The translations under genes and the position numbers were made by a program. The notes under the pieces are model-generated. The model saw nothing but the letters and a program-made list of their open reading frames with translations, was not told where the DNA came from and ran no database searches. Of a DNA stretch of 64,000 nt, positions 43,707-53,300 are shown one piece after another. Within the stretch, counting starts at the first letter, position 1. Every line of letters starts with the position of its first letter. This DNA is from an uncultured cyanobacterium (GTDB lineage Bacteria; Cyanobacteriota; Cyanobacteriia; CAKZMO01), in contig CAVRCJ010000010.1 in NCBI GenBank assembly GCA_963719515.1, positions 384,001 to 448,000 on the forward strand, given 5' to 3'.

Positions 43707-44747
43707 ATGTCGATTGAGTCGATTGAAGAGACTGACGCGACGCAGGCCGATGGCGGCATCGACGTTGCGGTGGTGGGAGCCGGACTTTCAGGCTTAACCT
43801 GTGGTCGCTGGCTCCACGAGCAGGGCTACCGGACCCTCGTTTTAGAAAAGTCTCGCGGGTTGGGCGGAAGAATTGCGACCCGCCGGGTGGAGGATGTTCC
43901 CTTAGACCACGGTGCACGCTACCTAGTAGAAGAAGGGATTCACACCCAGCGCCTCATTCAGCAAATGAGCGCAGAGGGCATTGTTTCGTCATCTGCTGCA
44001 TCGGTGGTCTCCCAAGGTAGCGACTCTCCTCACCAGGTCTATGTCGCGCCTCAGGGAATGACGGCGATCGCTAAGGCGCTGGCTGCAGACCTCACCGTGT
44101 ACCGGCAGCATCGGGTCGAGGGGATGGAGCGACAGGCAGACCGCTGGTGCCTGCAGGTTATGGCGCTGGGTCAGCCGAAGACGATTACCGCCCGCGCTGT
44201 CGTTTTAGCCCTACCGGCCCCCCAGGTCGTGGCTCTCCTGCGATCGCAGGAGAGCGGCCTAGCCCAGCTAGTTCGCGCCGCCGAAGCCGTTGCCTTTGAC
44301 CCCTGCTTTAGCGTCATGGCGGGCTACGCCGCCGCACCCTCAGCGGATCTGCCCTTGGGACTGCTGATCGATGAAACGGGCCACGACTTAAGCTGGATTG
44401 GGTTCGAGCAGCGCAAGCGCCCCATGGCTCACTGCAGGGTCGTTTTACAAAGCAGCGCTGAATTTGCAGCGCAGGCCATTGATCGCCTGGCCCCCGCCCA
44501 AATCGCCGAGCGTCTTGTGCAGGCGAGTCAGGCCATTCAGCCTGTAGCGGCTTTGGGGCAGCCCGAATGGACACAGACCCACCGCTGGCGCTATGCCTTT
44601 TGCCGCCGTCCTCACCCTGAACCCTGCTTGAGCGGTCAAACGCCGCTGCCGCTGGTCTGCTGTGGTGATTGGTGTGGGGGCAGCACGCTCGAATCCGCTG
44701 CTCGCTCAGGCCTAGCGGCCGCTGAAGCGATCGCCAGCGCCTTCTAG
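43707..44747 (+). CDS. Renalase-like NAD(P)/FAD-dependent oxidoreductase
   Basis: VGAGLSGL, EKSRGLGGRIATRR, DHGARY, HRWRYA, CGDWC. Confidence 0.9.
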   Translation: MSIESIEETDATQADGGIDVAVVGAGLSGLTCGRWLHEQGYRTLVLEKSRGLGGRIATRRVEDVPLDHGARYLVEEGIHTQRLIQQMSAEGIVSSSAASVVSQGSDSPHQVYVAPQGMTAIAKALAADLTVYRQHRVEGMERQADRWCLQVMALGQPKTITARAVVLALPAPQVVALLRSQESGLAQLVRAAEAVAFDPCFSVMAGYAAAPSADLPLGLLIDETGHDLSWIGFEQRKRPMAHCRVVLQSSAEFAAQAIDRLAPAQIAERLVQASQAIQPVAALGQPEWTQTHRWRYAFCRRPHPEPCLSGQTPLPLVCCGDWCGGSTLESAARSGLAAAEAIASAF

Positions 44748-44764
44748 CCCCGAGTCAAGGTCAA

Positions 44765-44956
44765 CTAGCTATCTTGCTTCGGCGTGGTGCCGCTGCTGTT
44801 TTCGCTATCGCTATTCTCGTCTTGCTCAGAGCTCTCTGAGCGGTTTTGGTTATACTGACGGCGGCCAAAGCGGGAGTTGCTGCGCTTGCGGAATTTTCGG
44901 GCGTAAGCTTCGTTGCGTAGGGCTTTCTCTTTCTTCAGGTTGCGGCGTTTAGCCAT
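44765..44956 (-). CDS. Small Lys/Arg-rich protein
   Basis: MAKRRNLKKEKALRNEAYARKFRKR; agagg RBS upstream. Confidence 0.75.
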   Translation of the reverse strand: MAKRRNLKKEKALRNEAYARKFRKRSNSRFGRRQYNQNRSESSEQDENSDSENSSGTTPKQDS

Positions 44957-45146
44957 CCTAAACCTCTAGTGATGATGTGAACATGTTAGACAAACGGTTC
45001 TCTATCTTACAAAAAAAATCAGGCTGATGGACTCCGGTCCGTTTGAACCATAGCACTGCTCAGGGTCTCAATCTCTTCAGAGATGTGGCGTTTTGCCCCT
45101 ATTTTAACCCTACAGTTCAGCGCCCACGCCCTTAGATTTAGAGCAG

Positions 45147-45794
45147 CTAGATCAGAGCAATGCGCTGACGCTCTTGCTGCAGATCTAGGCTCTGCAGGTG
45201 GGAATAGGCTTGGTCCACCGCCCTCGCCCCCCGCAAAAACCCTACATTGGCCCCAGGGCAGATGTAGCGGAGCGTCTCGGGCGTGAAGCGATCGCGCAGG
45301 TGCTCCACGCTTTTGAGCTGGCGATACCAGTGAAAGGTTTTGGCCAGCCGCAGGGGGACGGGATGACCGCTGCTGTTGGGCAGCAGGTGTCGCCCGGTGA
45401 ACAGGAGGCCGCCCTCGCGCTGCAGGTAGAGGCAGGCAGAGCCCGGAGAGTAGCCCGGAGTCCAGATCAGCTCAGCGGAGGGGCTGAGACGGTGCTCCCG
45501 CTGAAACGTCACGGAATCGAGATTGGGGAGCCGGTAGGCCTCCTGCTCTTGAATAATTAGCGGACAGGAGAACTGAGCCTGGAGGGGACGCACCTGGCCA
45601 ATGCCGTCGCGGTGGGTGATCACAATAGCGCCGACGCCGTGGTGCTCCAAGAATGCCTGAGTTTCCTCGGTCGAAGGTGGACAATCGATCAGCAGGTTGC
45701 CGGTATCTGGAGCCAGGACAAAGTACGAGGTTCCTCCCAGGGTATCTCGGTTGGGGGGAAAGGCAAAAACATCGTCGAAGACGGGGCGGGTCAT
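45147..45794 (-). CDS. Metallo-beta-lactamase-fold protein
   Basis: FAFPPNRDTLGGTSY, LLIDCP, ITHR, WTPGYSPGS, LFTGRH; start at MTRPVF. Confidence 0.82.
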   Translation of the reverse strand: MTRPVFDDVFAFPPNRDTLGGTSYFVLAPDTGNLLIDCPPSTEETQAFLEHHGVGAIVITHRDGIGQVRPLQAQFSCPLIIQEQEAYRLPNLDSVTFQREHRLSPSAELIWTPGYSPGSACLYLQREGGLLFTGRHLLPNSSGHPVPLRLAKTFHWYRQLKSVEHLRDRFTPETLRYICPGANVGFLRGARAVDQAYSHLQSLDLQQERQRIALI

Positions 45795-45953
45795 AAAAGC
45801 GGGGGTAAAGAGCGTAATCTTTCTTAACCTTTCGGGGAGGCTGCTGCGATCGCATTCCTGAGGCGGCGTTGAGGGGCGATGGGGGCGATCGCACCGGGCT
45901 GCGGAGCATGAATCTAGCCCTTGGCCTTGCCCAGACTCGAAAGATGGAGATAT

Positions 45954-45967
45954 AGTACTTGTGTACT
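45954..45967 (+). promoter_or_regulatory. LexA-type palindromic operator upstream of the parM-like gene
   Basis: AGTACTTGTGTACT matches RGTAC-N3-DGTWCB exactly and overlaps TATAGT (-10-like, 45951-45956). Confidence 0.65.
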
Positions 45968-46004
45968 GCTCGGGGACAAACAAGCCCAGTTGGAGTAACC
46001 ACCT

Positions 46005-47048
46005 ATGACTACAGCTACCAGACAAAAGCGTTCTAGTAAAGTGCAGGGGAGTCCTTCCTCCCCTACAGCGCCGTCCACCGCGACGCGAATTGTTGCCCTC
46101 GACGCCGGCAACTACGACCTCAAGTTTTTCGACGGGGTGAATCACCCCAAGGCGATACGCTCGGTGCGCTATCAGCTTCCCCAGGGCCGCGACCCCGTCA
46201 GTACCTCAGACGCCTCGCCCCTAGTCGAGCTTTCCGACGGCACCCGCTACCACTTCGGGGCCCAGGCCTATAAATATCGCCGTCAGCAGCAAACGGTCAT
46301 CGAAAATAAGATAGAGCTGGCGCGTTTGCATCTCTACGCCTGTTTAGAGCCGCTCAACGGCATGTCTAGCGAATTTTCTCTACAACTGCATCTGTCGACC
46401 CCTGAGCCCGGTAAGCACGGTGAGGCTCTGAAAAAAGAGCTGCGAGGGCTGCACGAGTTTACCCGCAACGGCATCGAGTTCCGCGTCAACGTCGAGAACG
46501 TCACCGTAGAGCGCGAGGGCATGGGAGCCTACTGGTACGCCAAGAACCAGGGCTTTATTCCCAACCAGGGCTACACCATCGTCGTTGATATCGGCGGCGG
46601 CACCTGGCTCACCCGGCTAGTCGATGGGGAAGGCGAGGTAATAGACGAGAACGTGATGAATCGAGGGGGCTCCTACGAGCTAGCGGTCTCTATCAGCTTC
46701 GATCGCCGCCTTACCGACGCCCTGGGCACCACGGCAGACCCCAGCCTTGTGATGGATGGATTCCGCAGCGGTCACGGCTACGCCGACACAGGGCTCTCTT
46801 GGAGCCCCTGGCTCGACGAGCACCTTGACCCCTGGTTCAAAGGCATTTTCCAAACCGTCAAGGCTCAATACACCCCCTATATGGCCCGCGTCACCAAGTT
46901 CCTCGTGACGGGCGGCGGCTCCCACCTCATTTCCGAGCGACTTGCCGGACGTAAACTGTTTACCGTGATGGGCGACCCTCAGTTCGCCAACGTTCGCGGT
47001 CTGTACCTTCTTACCCAAGACAGCCAGCTATGCATGACAACAAAGTAA
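46005..47048 (+). CDS. ParM/StbA-family actin-like ATPase
   Basis: Phosphate-1 ALDAGNYDLK, connect-1 VEREGMGA, phosphate-2 VVDIGGGT, adenosine VTGGGS, connect-2 PQFANVRGL. Confidence 0.9.
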   Translation: MTTATRQKRSSKVQGSPSSPTAPSTATRIVALDAGNYDLKFFDGVNHPKAIRSVRYQLPQGRDPVSTSDASPLVELSDGTRYHFGAQAYKYRRQQQTVIENKIELARLHLYACLEPLNGMSSEFSLQLHLSTPEPGKHGEALKKELRGLHEFTRNGIEFRVNVENVTVEREGMGAYWYAKNQGFIPNQGYTIVVDIGGGTWLTRLVDGEGEVIDENVMNRGGSYELAVSISFDRRLTDALGTTADPSLVMDGFRSGHGYADTGLSWSPWLDEHLDPWFKGIFQTVKAQYTPYMARVTKFLVTGGGSHLISERLAGRKLFTVMGDPQFANVRGLYLLTQDSQLCMTTK

Positions 47049-47320
47049 GACTTAGCCAAGATGTGATCGACAAAGCGCAGGTGATCGCCACCGAATGGGG
47101 TCTGAAAAACGCCCGCGCCGCCGTTGAGGCCGTGTTTCGCCGCTATTCAGACGAGTACCTATACGGGCGACAATCCTCAGGGCCAATAGGTCAGCCAGTG
47201 GGTCAGCCAGTGGGTCAGCCAGTAGATTTACCAGTGGGCCTGCCGCTGCGGGCCGTTCCTGCGAGCGCCGCCGCGAGCTGCGAGGCGCTAGAGGAGCTAG
47301 ACGATCTGCTGGCGATGTGA
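47030..47320 (+). CDS. ParR-like small adaptor (RHH-like N-terminus, acidic C-terminal helix)
   Basis: Overlaps the parM stop; KVRLSQDVIDKAQVIATEWGLKNARAAVEAVFRRY; C-terminal EALEELDDLLAM. Confidence 0.7.
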   Translation: MHDNKVRLSQDVIDKAQVIATEWGLKNARAAVEAVFRRYSDEYLYGRQSSGPIGQPVGQPVGQPVDLPVGLPLRAVPASAAASCEALEELDDLLAM

Positions 47321-47333
47321 GGCGGCATAGGGG

Positions 47334-48482
47334 CTAATGTCTTAGGGCGTTATCTACGGCCTGCTGCTGATCGCGGCGAGTAATCCAGCGGTGGTAGGTC
47401 TGGGTGTGGAGACTCACGGAATGCCCCATCATCTGGGCCGCGACGGTGTCCGGTAGGCCGACGTGAATGGTGCGTACGGCCCAAGCGTGACGGAGGTCGT
47501 AGGGCTTAAAGGGGAGGCGGTAGCGGCGCAGCTGGGTCGTCACTTTTTGCCCAATGCGCTGCAGGGTAGTTTGACTCAGATCGGTGGTTAGCTTTGGCAA
47601 AACTACAGTCTGCAGCTCAAACTGCTCTACCCATTCTGGGTGGAACGGCCATACCTCGCGCTGTCCGGTCTTGGTGGTTTCCAGCACCTCTACGGAAGCG
47701 CGAGAAGGGTCTGACGCCTGCAGTAGGCGATCGCAGTTGCAAAAAAACACCTCGTGGTTACGCAACCCATAGGCCGCCATCATGCCGTAAACGAAGCGCC
47801 ACCCTGGATTAGGAATTTGGCGGTAGGTCTCAACAATCGCCTCATCCGTAGGCAGCTGCCGCAGCTTCGCGTGGGTGCGGCTGTAGCTGCCCCAGCGCTG
47901 ATCTAGGTCAGGGAGCTCTAAATCGAGAAACTGAGCGAAGGCGCTGAGGGCGGTGTAGGCCACTTGGCGGCTGCGGGAGCGCGGCGGAATAGCGTCGAGG
48001 GTGGTGTAGATGGTCTCAGCTAAAGTGAGCCGAGAGGAGGATTGGGCCGCTGCCTCCAATTTGCGCAGGTAGGGAGCGTAGGCCGTCCGCCAGGTGGTTT
48101 TGGCGGCGGCCTGGGCCATGACGGTTTGGCGCTGCTGAAAGAAGCTCGCCTGAAACGCCTCAATCTGCTCTGAAAGGCACAGCTGGTGCAGCCGCTTCCC
48201 CCCAGGCTGATAGTTTCGCCAGTCGAAGGTGCGCTCTATCAGCTTGGCGGCGATAATCTTCGCCTCTTGTTCCGCCTGCTTCAGCCCGGGCTTTGTGGCC
48301 GGAAGCCCTAGACTGAGGCGCTGCTGGCAGGGGCGGAGCCGGGCGCTCTCGGGGCGGGGCGGAAAGGTGCCCCGCAAACTCAGCTTTTGCCCCCGGCGCT
48401 CGAGATGTACGCCGAGCTGGGCGGCTTTTAGCCGTTGATTGATCTGTTGGAGGCGGAGATCGATGTCAGCTGAGGGGACCAT
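47334..48482 (-). CDS. Tyrosine recombinase (XisA/XisC-like)
   Basis: N-terminal LSLRGTFPP arm-binding-type domain; YGLRNHE, TKTG, PYDLRHAWA, MGHS, HTQTY. Confidence 0.9.
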   Translation of the reverse strand: MVPSADIDLRLQQINQRLKAAQLGVHLERRGQKLSLRGTFPPRPESARLRPCQQRLSLGLPATKPGLKQAEQEAKIIAAKLIERTFDWRNYQPGGKRLHQLCLSEQIEAFQASFFQQRQTVMAQAAAKTTWRTAYAPYLRKLEAAAQSSSRLTLAETIYTTLDAIPPRSRSRQVAYTALSAFAQFLDLELPDLDQRWGSYSRTHAKLRQLPTDEAIVETYRQIPNPGWRFVYGMMAAYGLRNHEVFFCNCDRLLQASDPSRASVEVLETTKTGQREVWPFHPEWVEQFELQTVVLPKLTTDLSQTTLQRIGQKVTTQLRRYRLPFKPYDLRHAWAVRTIHVGLPDTVAAQMMGHSVSLHTQTYHRWITRRDQQQAVDNALRH

Positions 48483-48729
48483 TGTCAAACAGTCGCAAGT
48501 ATTGTGACAGAGGAGAGCTTAAGACGGGCTTAAGGTTTAAACTAACGGTTAGCTTGTTCCACTGATAGCTTATAGAAAGCGAATTTATAGAAATAAATCG
48601 TTCGCTGGATTCTGACATCTACACCGATCGATGCCAGTTTCAGCGCTAAGATTAAGAAATATTATCTTTACTATAGAAGATACTGAGTCGTCTACAGTTG
48701 GTTCGCTTAAGTTTGTTATCTCATAGACA

Positions 48730-49914
48730 GTGAAGGGGAATGCCGTGGTCACGACAGGTCGCGTTGGAGTATTGCTGCTAAATCTAGGAGGACCAGACCA
48801 GCTTGAGGACGTTCGCCCCTTTCTGTTCAACCTGTTCTCTGACCCAGAGATCATTCGCCTCCCCGTAGCCTGGCTACAAAAACCGCTGGCCTGGCTGATC
48901 TCGACGACTCGGGCCAATAAGTCGAAAGAAAACTACCGCCAGATCGGCGGCGGTTCCCCCCTGCGCCGGATCACCGAGGAGCAGGGGCAGGCGCTGCAGG
49001 AAATCCTGCGCCAGCAGGGACAAGAGGCCCAGGTGTATGTAGGCATGCGGTACTGGTACCCCTTCACGGAGGAGGCGATCGCCCGCATCAAGCGCGATCG
49101 CATCGAGCATCTGGTGATTTTGCCCCTCTATCCCCACTTCTCCATCAGCACCAGCGGCTCTAGCTTCCGCCTTCTAGAGCGCATCTGGAACGAAGACCCG
49201 GCGCTACAGAATATTGAATATACCGTCATCCCTTCTTGGTACGATCGCCCCGGTTACCTAGAGGCCATGGCCCAGCTAATTGCCCAAGAGCTAGACCAGC
49301 TGCCGGACCCCAACAGCGCCCACGTCTTTTTTAGCGCCCACGGGGTGCCAATTAGCTATGTGGAAGAGGCGGGCGATCCCTACCAGCGAGAGATTGAGGC
49401 CTGCGTTGAGCTAATTATGCAGCGGCTCAACCGGCCCAACGAGCATACGCTGGCTTACCAAAGCCGCGTTGGCCCCGTGGAGTGGCTGAAGCCCTACACC
49501 GAGGACGCGATTGAAGAGCTAGCCCAGCGCGTCGATACTCTGGTGGTGGTGCCCATCAGCTTCGTGTCTGAGCATATCGAAACCCTGCAGGAAATCGACA
49601 TGGAGTACCGCGAGCTTGCCGAGGAGGCGGGCCTGGAAAACTTCCACCGCGTTCCGGCCCTCAACACCCATCCGGTCTTCATTGAAGATATGGCCAATAT
49701 GGTGACCGAAGCATTGCAGGGTCCGGCGCTCAAGCTTGAAGAGGTGATGCGTCCCCCCATTGAGACCAAGATCTATCCCCAGGAAAAGTGGGAGTGGGGG
49801 CTGACGACGGCAGCAGAAGTGTGGAACGGGCGGCTGGCGATGCTGGGCTTTTTGGCCCTGATGGCCGAGCTGATTAGCGGCCAAGGCCCTCTGCATTTTG
49901 TCGGGTTACTATAG
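48730..49914 (+). CDS. hemH: Ferrochelatase with C-terminal CAB domain
   Basis: [53 protein letters not shown]. Confidence 0.97.
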   Translation: MKGNAVVTTGRVGVLLLNLGGPDQLEDVRPFLFNLFSDPEIIRLPVAWLQKPLAWLISTTRANKSKENYRQIGGGSPLRRITEEQGQALQEILRQQGQEAQVYVGMRYWYPFTEEAIARIKRDRIEHLVILPLYPHFSISTSGSSFRLLERIWNEDPALQNIEYTVIPSWYDRPGYLEAMAQLIAQELDQLPDPNSAHVFFSAHGVPISYVEEAGDPYQREIEACVELIMQRLNRPNEHTLAYQSRVGPVEWLKPYTEDAIEELAQRVDTLVVVPISFVSEHIETLQEIDMEYRELAEEAGLENFHRVPALNTHPVFIEDMANMVTEALQGPALKLEEVMRPPIETKIYPQEKWEWGLTTAAEVWNGRLAMLGFLALMAELISGQGPLHFVGLL

Positions 49915-50343
49915 TAGTTAGGGAAATCTACAGACTGCCGTCATTTCCATCCTGATGAATTCTCTTAACCGTTGTGTAGTCTTACACAGCGGTATTAGGA
50001 TAGGCGGCACCTACCTTCGGTCGGGGCATTTGCCATTTTAAGACGACTGTAAACTGACATCTATCTACAGCAACGGCGATCGCAACGGTCGCAAGCCGCA
50101 GTCTAACCACTACAGGGAGTGCCACAGCGGTTGTTCGACTTCACCCAATTGGATTACACAATAGCCGTATAGCAACTGTTCTTCTGCACCGAGTGTATTA
50201 GGACATTCGCGCACTCTATGGTCTCCGCCGCAAAAGGCTCTAAGCCCATGCTGGTGTGAGCGGTAGGGTCACGGTAATTAAGACTGGCCACAAATATCGG
50301 GGCACTGCTGTTGGGCGGCCCTGGCAAAGGGGAATGAGTATCT

Positions 50344-53300
50344 ATGATGCAGATTAGACGCGCAACGCGCGATGACGTCCGTGTGGATATGGAGCAGCGC
50401 CTAAGCGCTGCAAGCGCAGGCGACACAGAAGCGATCGCCGCCCTAATTGAGCGATCGCTAATTCTATCGCGGGTCGCCGTGCGGGCGCGAATCGAGGGGC
50501 GCTGTCTCTACATCATTCTCTATGGGCAAACGGGGCAGCAGGATAGTCTGGTGCGCTTCATTAAGTCGGGCCTGCAGCAGATTCGCATTGAGGGCGTCAG
50601 CGAGATAGATATTGCGCTGCACGAGGACGAATCGGAGCGCAGCCCCATCTGGAGCTATCGCGGTCAGCTGCGGCCGTCCCAGCCCGTGGCGGTATTGGCG
50701 ACGCCCAAAGCTATTCCGCCATCCACCTCCCCCCGCCGGGTAATCACCGGAAACTACAGCACCCAGTGGACTTCCAGCGGCATTCGCGTTGACGCCACTT
50801 CCTCTAGCCCCCAGCGGTGGGTGCCCCAGTCGGCAACTCCCCCCGCCGCGCAGGATCTGTTTGACCGGCAGTCGGCCATCTACAAAGCCACCCAGGCCAT
50901 CAAGTCGGGCGCTCCCCTCCAGGTTCACGGTCCTTCTGGGGCTGGAAAGACCACATTCTTGCGCCACCTGATTCACCAGCAGGAGGTGCAGCAGTTTGGC
51001 GACGGCATTGTCTACATAGAGGCCTACAAATCTCTCAGTATTGACCTGCTCCAGCAGCTATTCGAGGCCCTTTACCACAGCAACAACGCGGTCCCCACCA
51101 AACCGACTCTCCCGGAGCTTTACCACGCCCTCCGCAGCCGCAATAGCCTAGCCGTTATTGACCAAACTGCAGCGGTGGACAGCCTCGATCCTCTCATTGG
51201 CACCGTACCGCTGCTGCTGGCCGCGCAGACCTGCTACCTCTGGGAGCGGGGAGAGGTGGTTCCCCTAGAGGCTTTTTCAGACCACGAAGCCCTCACCTTT
51301 GTTGAGCTGAAGCTGGGCCGTGCCCTATCCGTAGACGAGCAGCGCTCTGCAATGGATCTTTGCCGTCACCTCAAGGGCAACCCGGCCCTGCTGATTCAGC
51401 ATGTGGGGATAGTGCGGCGGGGACAGTCCTCCTTTGCAGAACTCGCACAGCAGATAGACGCTGGGTTTTCCCCAGACGCGCTGGTCATGCGGGCCGCTAG
51501 CGATCTCTCAGACGAAGAGCGGCGACTGCTGGCTACCCTAGCCGTTTTTGGCCCCGTTCCCATTCGGGCCCATCACCTGCAGGCGATCGCTGGCGTGGAC
51601 AGCATTTCCCTGACGGAGCTACAGGCTCGGGGACTGGTGTGGGGCGACGACGCCTACCGGCTGGCTAACAATCTGCTAGCTCCGCTGCAGCAGGTGTGGG
51701 ATCTCACCCCCTGGTATGAGCGAGCGGTGCATTATTTCAGCAGCTGGGCCACCTCCCAGCACGAGCGCATCCCGGCTTCTGGGGAGGCGGCTTCGCCAGA
51801 GACCCTGGCCATGCTCGACCTCCTGTGGCGATTGCTGGAGCGCTCGGTGGAGCTGCATCAGTGGTCCGACAGCCTGTCCCTATGCCGCGCCTTGGATCCA
51901 CTGCTCTACCAGTACTGCCGCTGGGGACGGTGGCAGCAGATCTGGGAATTGGGCCGACAGGCGGCGCGGGAGCTAGAAGACAGCGCGACTGAGGCCTGGG
52001 CCTTGCACCAGATGGGCAGCGCTGCCCTTTGCCTTGACGACAGCTTTGCGGCCCAGGCCCACCTCGCAGAAGCTCAGCAGCTGCGGCTGCAGGCGGGCGA
52101 TATGGTTGGGGCGGCGCTGTCTCAGCACAACCTGAGCGTTGTCACCCAAACCCTGGGCAAAGACGTCACCCGTAAGGAGGCTGCTCGGCCAGCCTCCAGT
52201 GCCCCAGCCGCTGCCTTCGTGTCTATGCCTCAGCAGCTGCCGCTCAAGTGGCTCCTGTTGGGCGGCGCGGCGCTCCTGGCCGGAGTTGGAGCGATGTTTA
52301 GTTTGCAGTCGTCGTCGTCGGAGGTCTCAGTGCGTCCGGGTCTGATTACCTTTCCGCCCCAGCTGCGCTCTACCCCCAGCGAAACGCGCGAGATTGTGGT
52401 TTACAACAACAGCTCCGAAGCGCTGTCTATTGACGAAATTGTTCTGGGCGATCGCGAGGGAAACGTAGACACCAGTCAAGACGCTGGCGACGACCCTGCG
52501 CTTTCCGGCAGCAATTTTCAGATTGAAGAAAACTGCACCGATAGCGTTCTTCTCCCCGAGGCCTCCTGCACAATTGAGGCGCAGTTCACGCCACAATCCG
52601 TGGGAGCCCACGCCGCGACGGTGACCATTGTTGACGACAGACAGCCCCTGAAAACGGTGACTCTCCGCGGTGTGGGTGCGGTTGCAGAAGCTGAATTTGA
52701 GCCCAAGTCTTTGACGTTTGAGCCGCAGCAGCCCGACGCTGAGCCCACGACCCAAATCGTCACCGTCCGCAATAAAGGGGCCGTGGCTTTTGCTGTGGCA
52801 ACGGTGGCCCTAGAAGACACAACGGCCTTCTCTATTAAGGCTGATGAATGCGCTGGGCTGACCCTAGACACGCGGGACACCTGCCGCCTTGTGGTCCAGT
52901 TTGACCCGCCCGAAGCCGGCGAATTTGCGGCGACGCTGACCGTCACCCCCGAAACCCGCTCGACAATTTGGACGCTGCCTCTAGAAGCCGCCGTCTCTAC
53001 GACACCCTCGTCAGGGACTACCCCGTCTACCCCCTCAAGCCCTTCAGCGCCCCCTGCGCCACCGAGCCCCTCGCAAGCGCCTCGCCTAAGCTTCCCGCCC
53101 CTGCGTCTGCCGCCCATCTTTACCCCGTCCCCTAGCCCCGCACCGCGCCCGCGCCCGCGCCCGCGTCTCAAGGCCGAGCTTGCCGCCAACGTAGAGTCAG
53201 TCGCCTTTGACGACCAGCGCGCAGGCAGTACGGGAACCGAGCGCATCACGCTGACCAACAGAGGAAACGGAGACCTATACTTCGACTCGATCACCCTCGA

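Noticed and set aside
45850..46004. parC centromere upstream of parM
   Set aside because: No array of direct repeats; only one palindrome
45795..46145. N-terminal extension of the 332-aa ORF overlapping parM
   Set aside because: MBL-fold similarity begins at MTRPVF (45794); the extension is antisense to parM and its promoter
50065..50280. Weak c-di-GMP-I riboswitch-like fragments (cgcaag..gtctaa..cagcggttg) upstream of the STAND gene
   Set aside because: The GGCAAAC/GAAA/GACGCAAAG core is not matched; needs an Rfam scan before any claim
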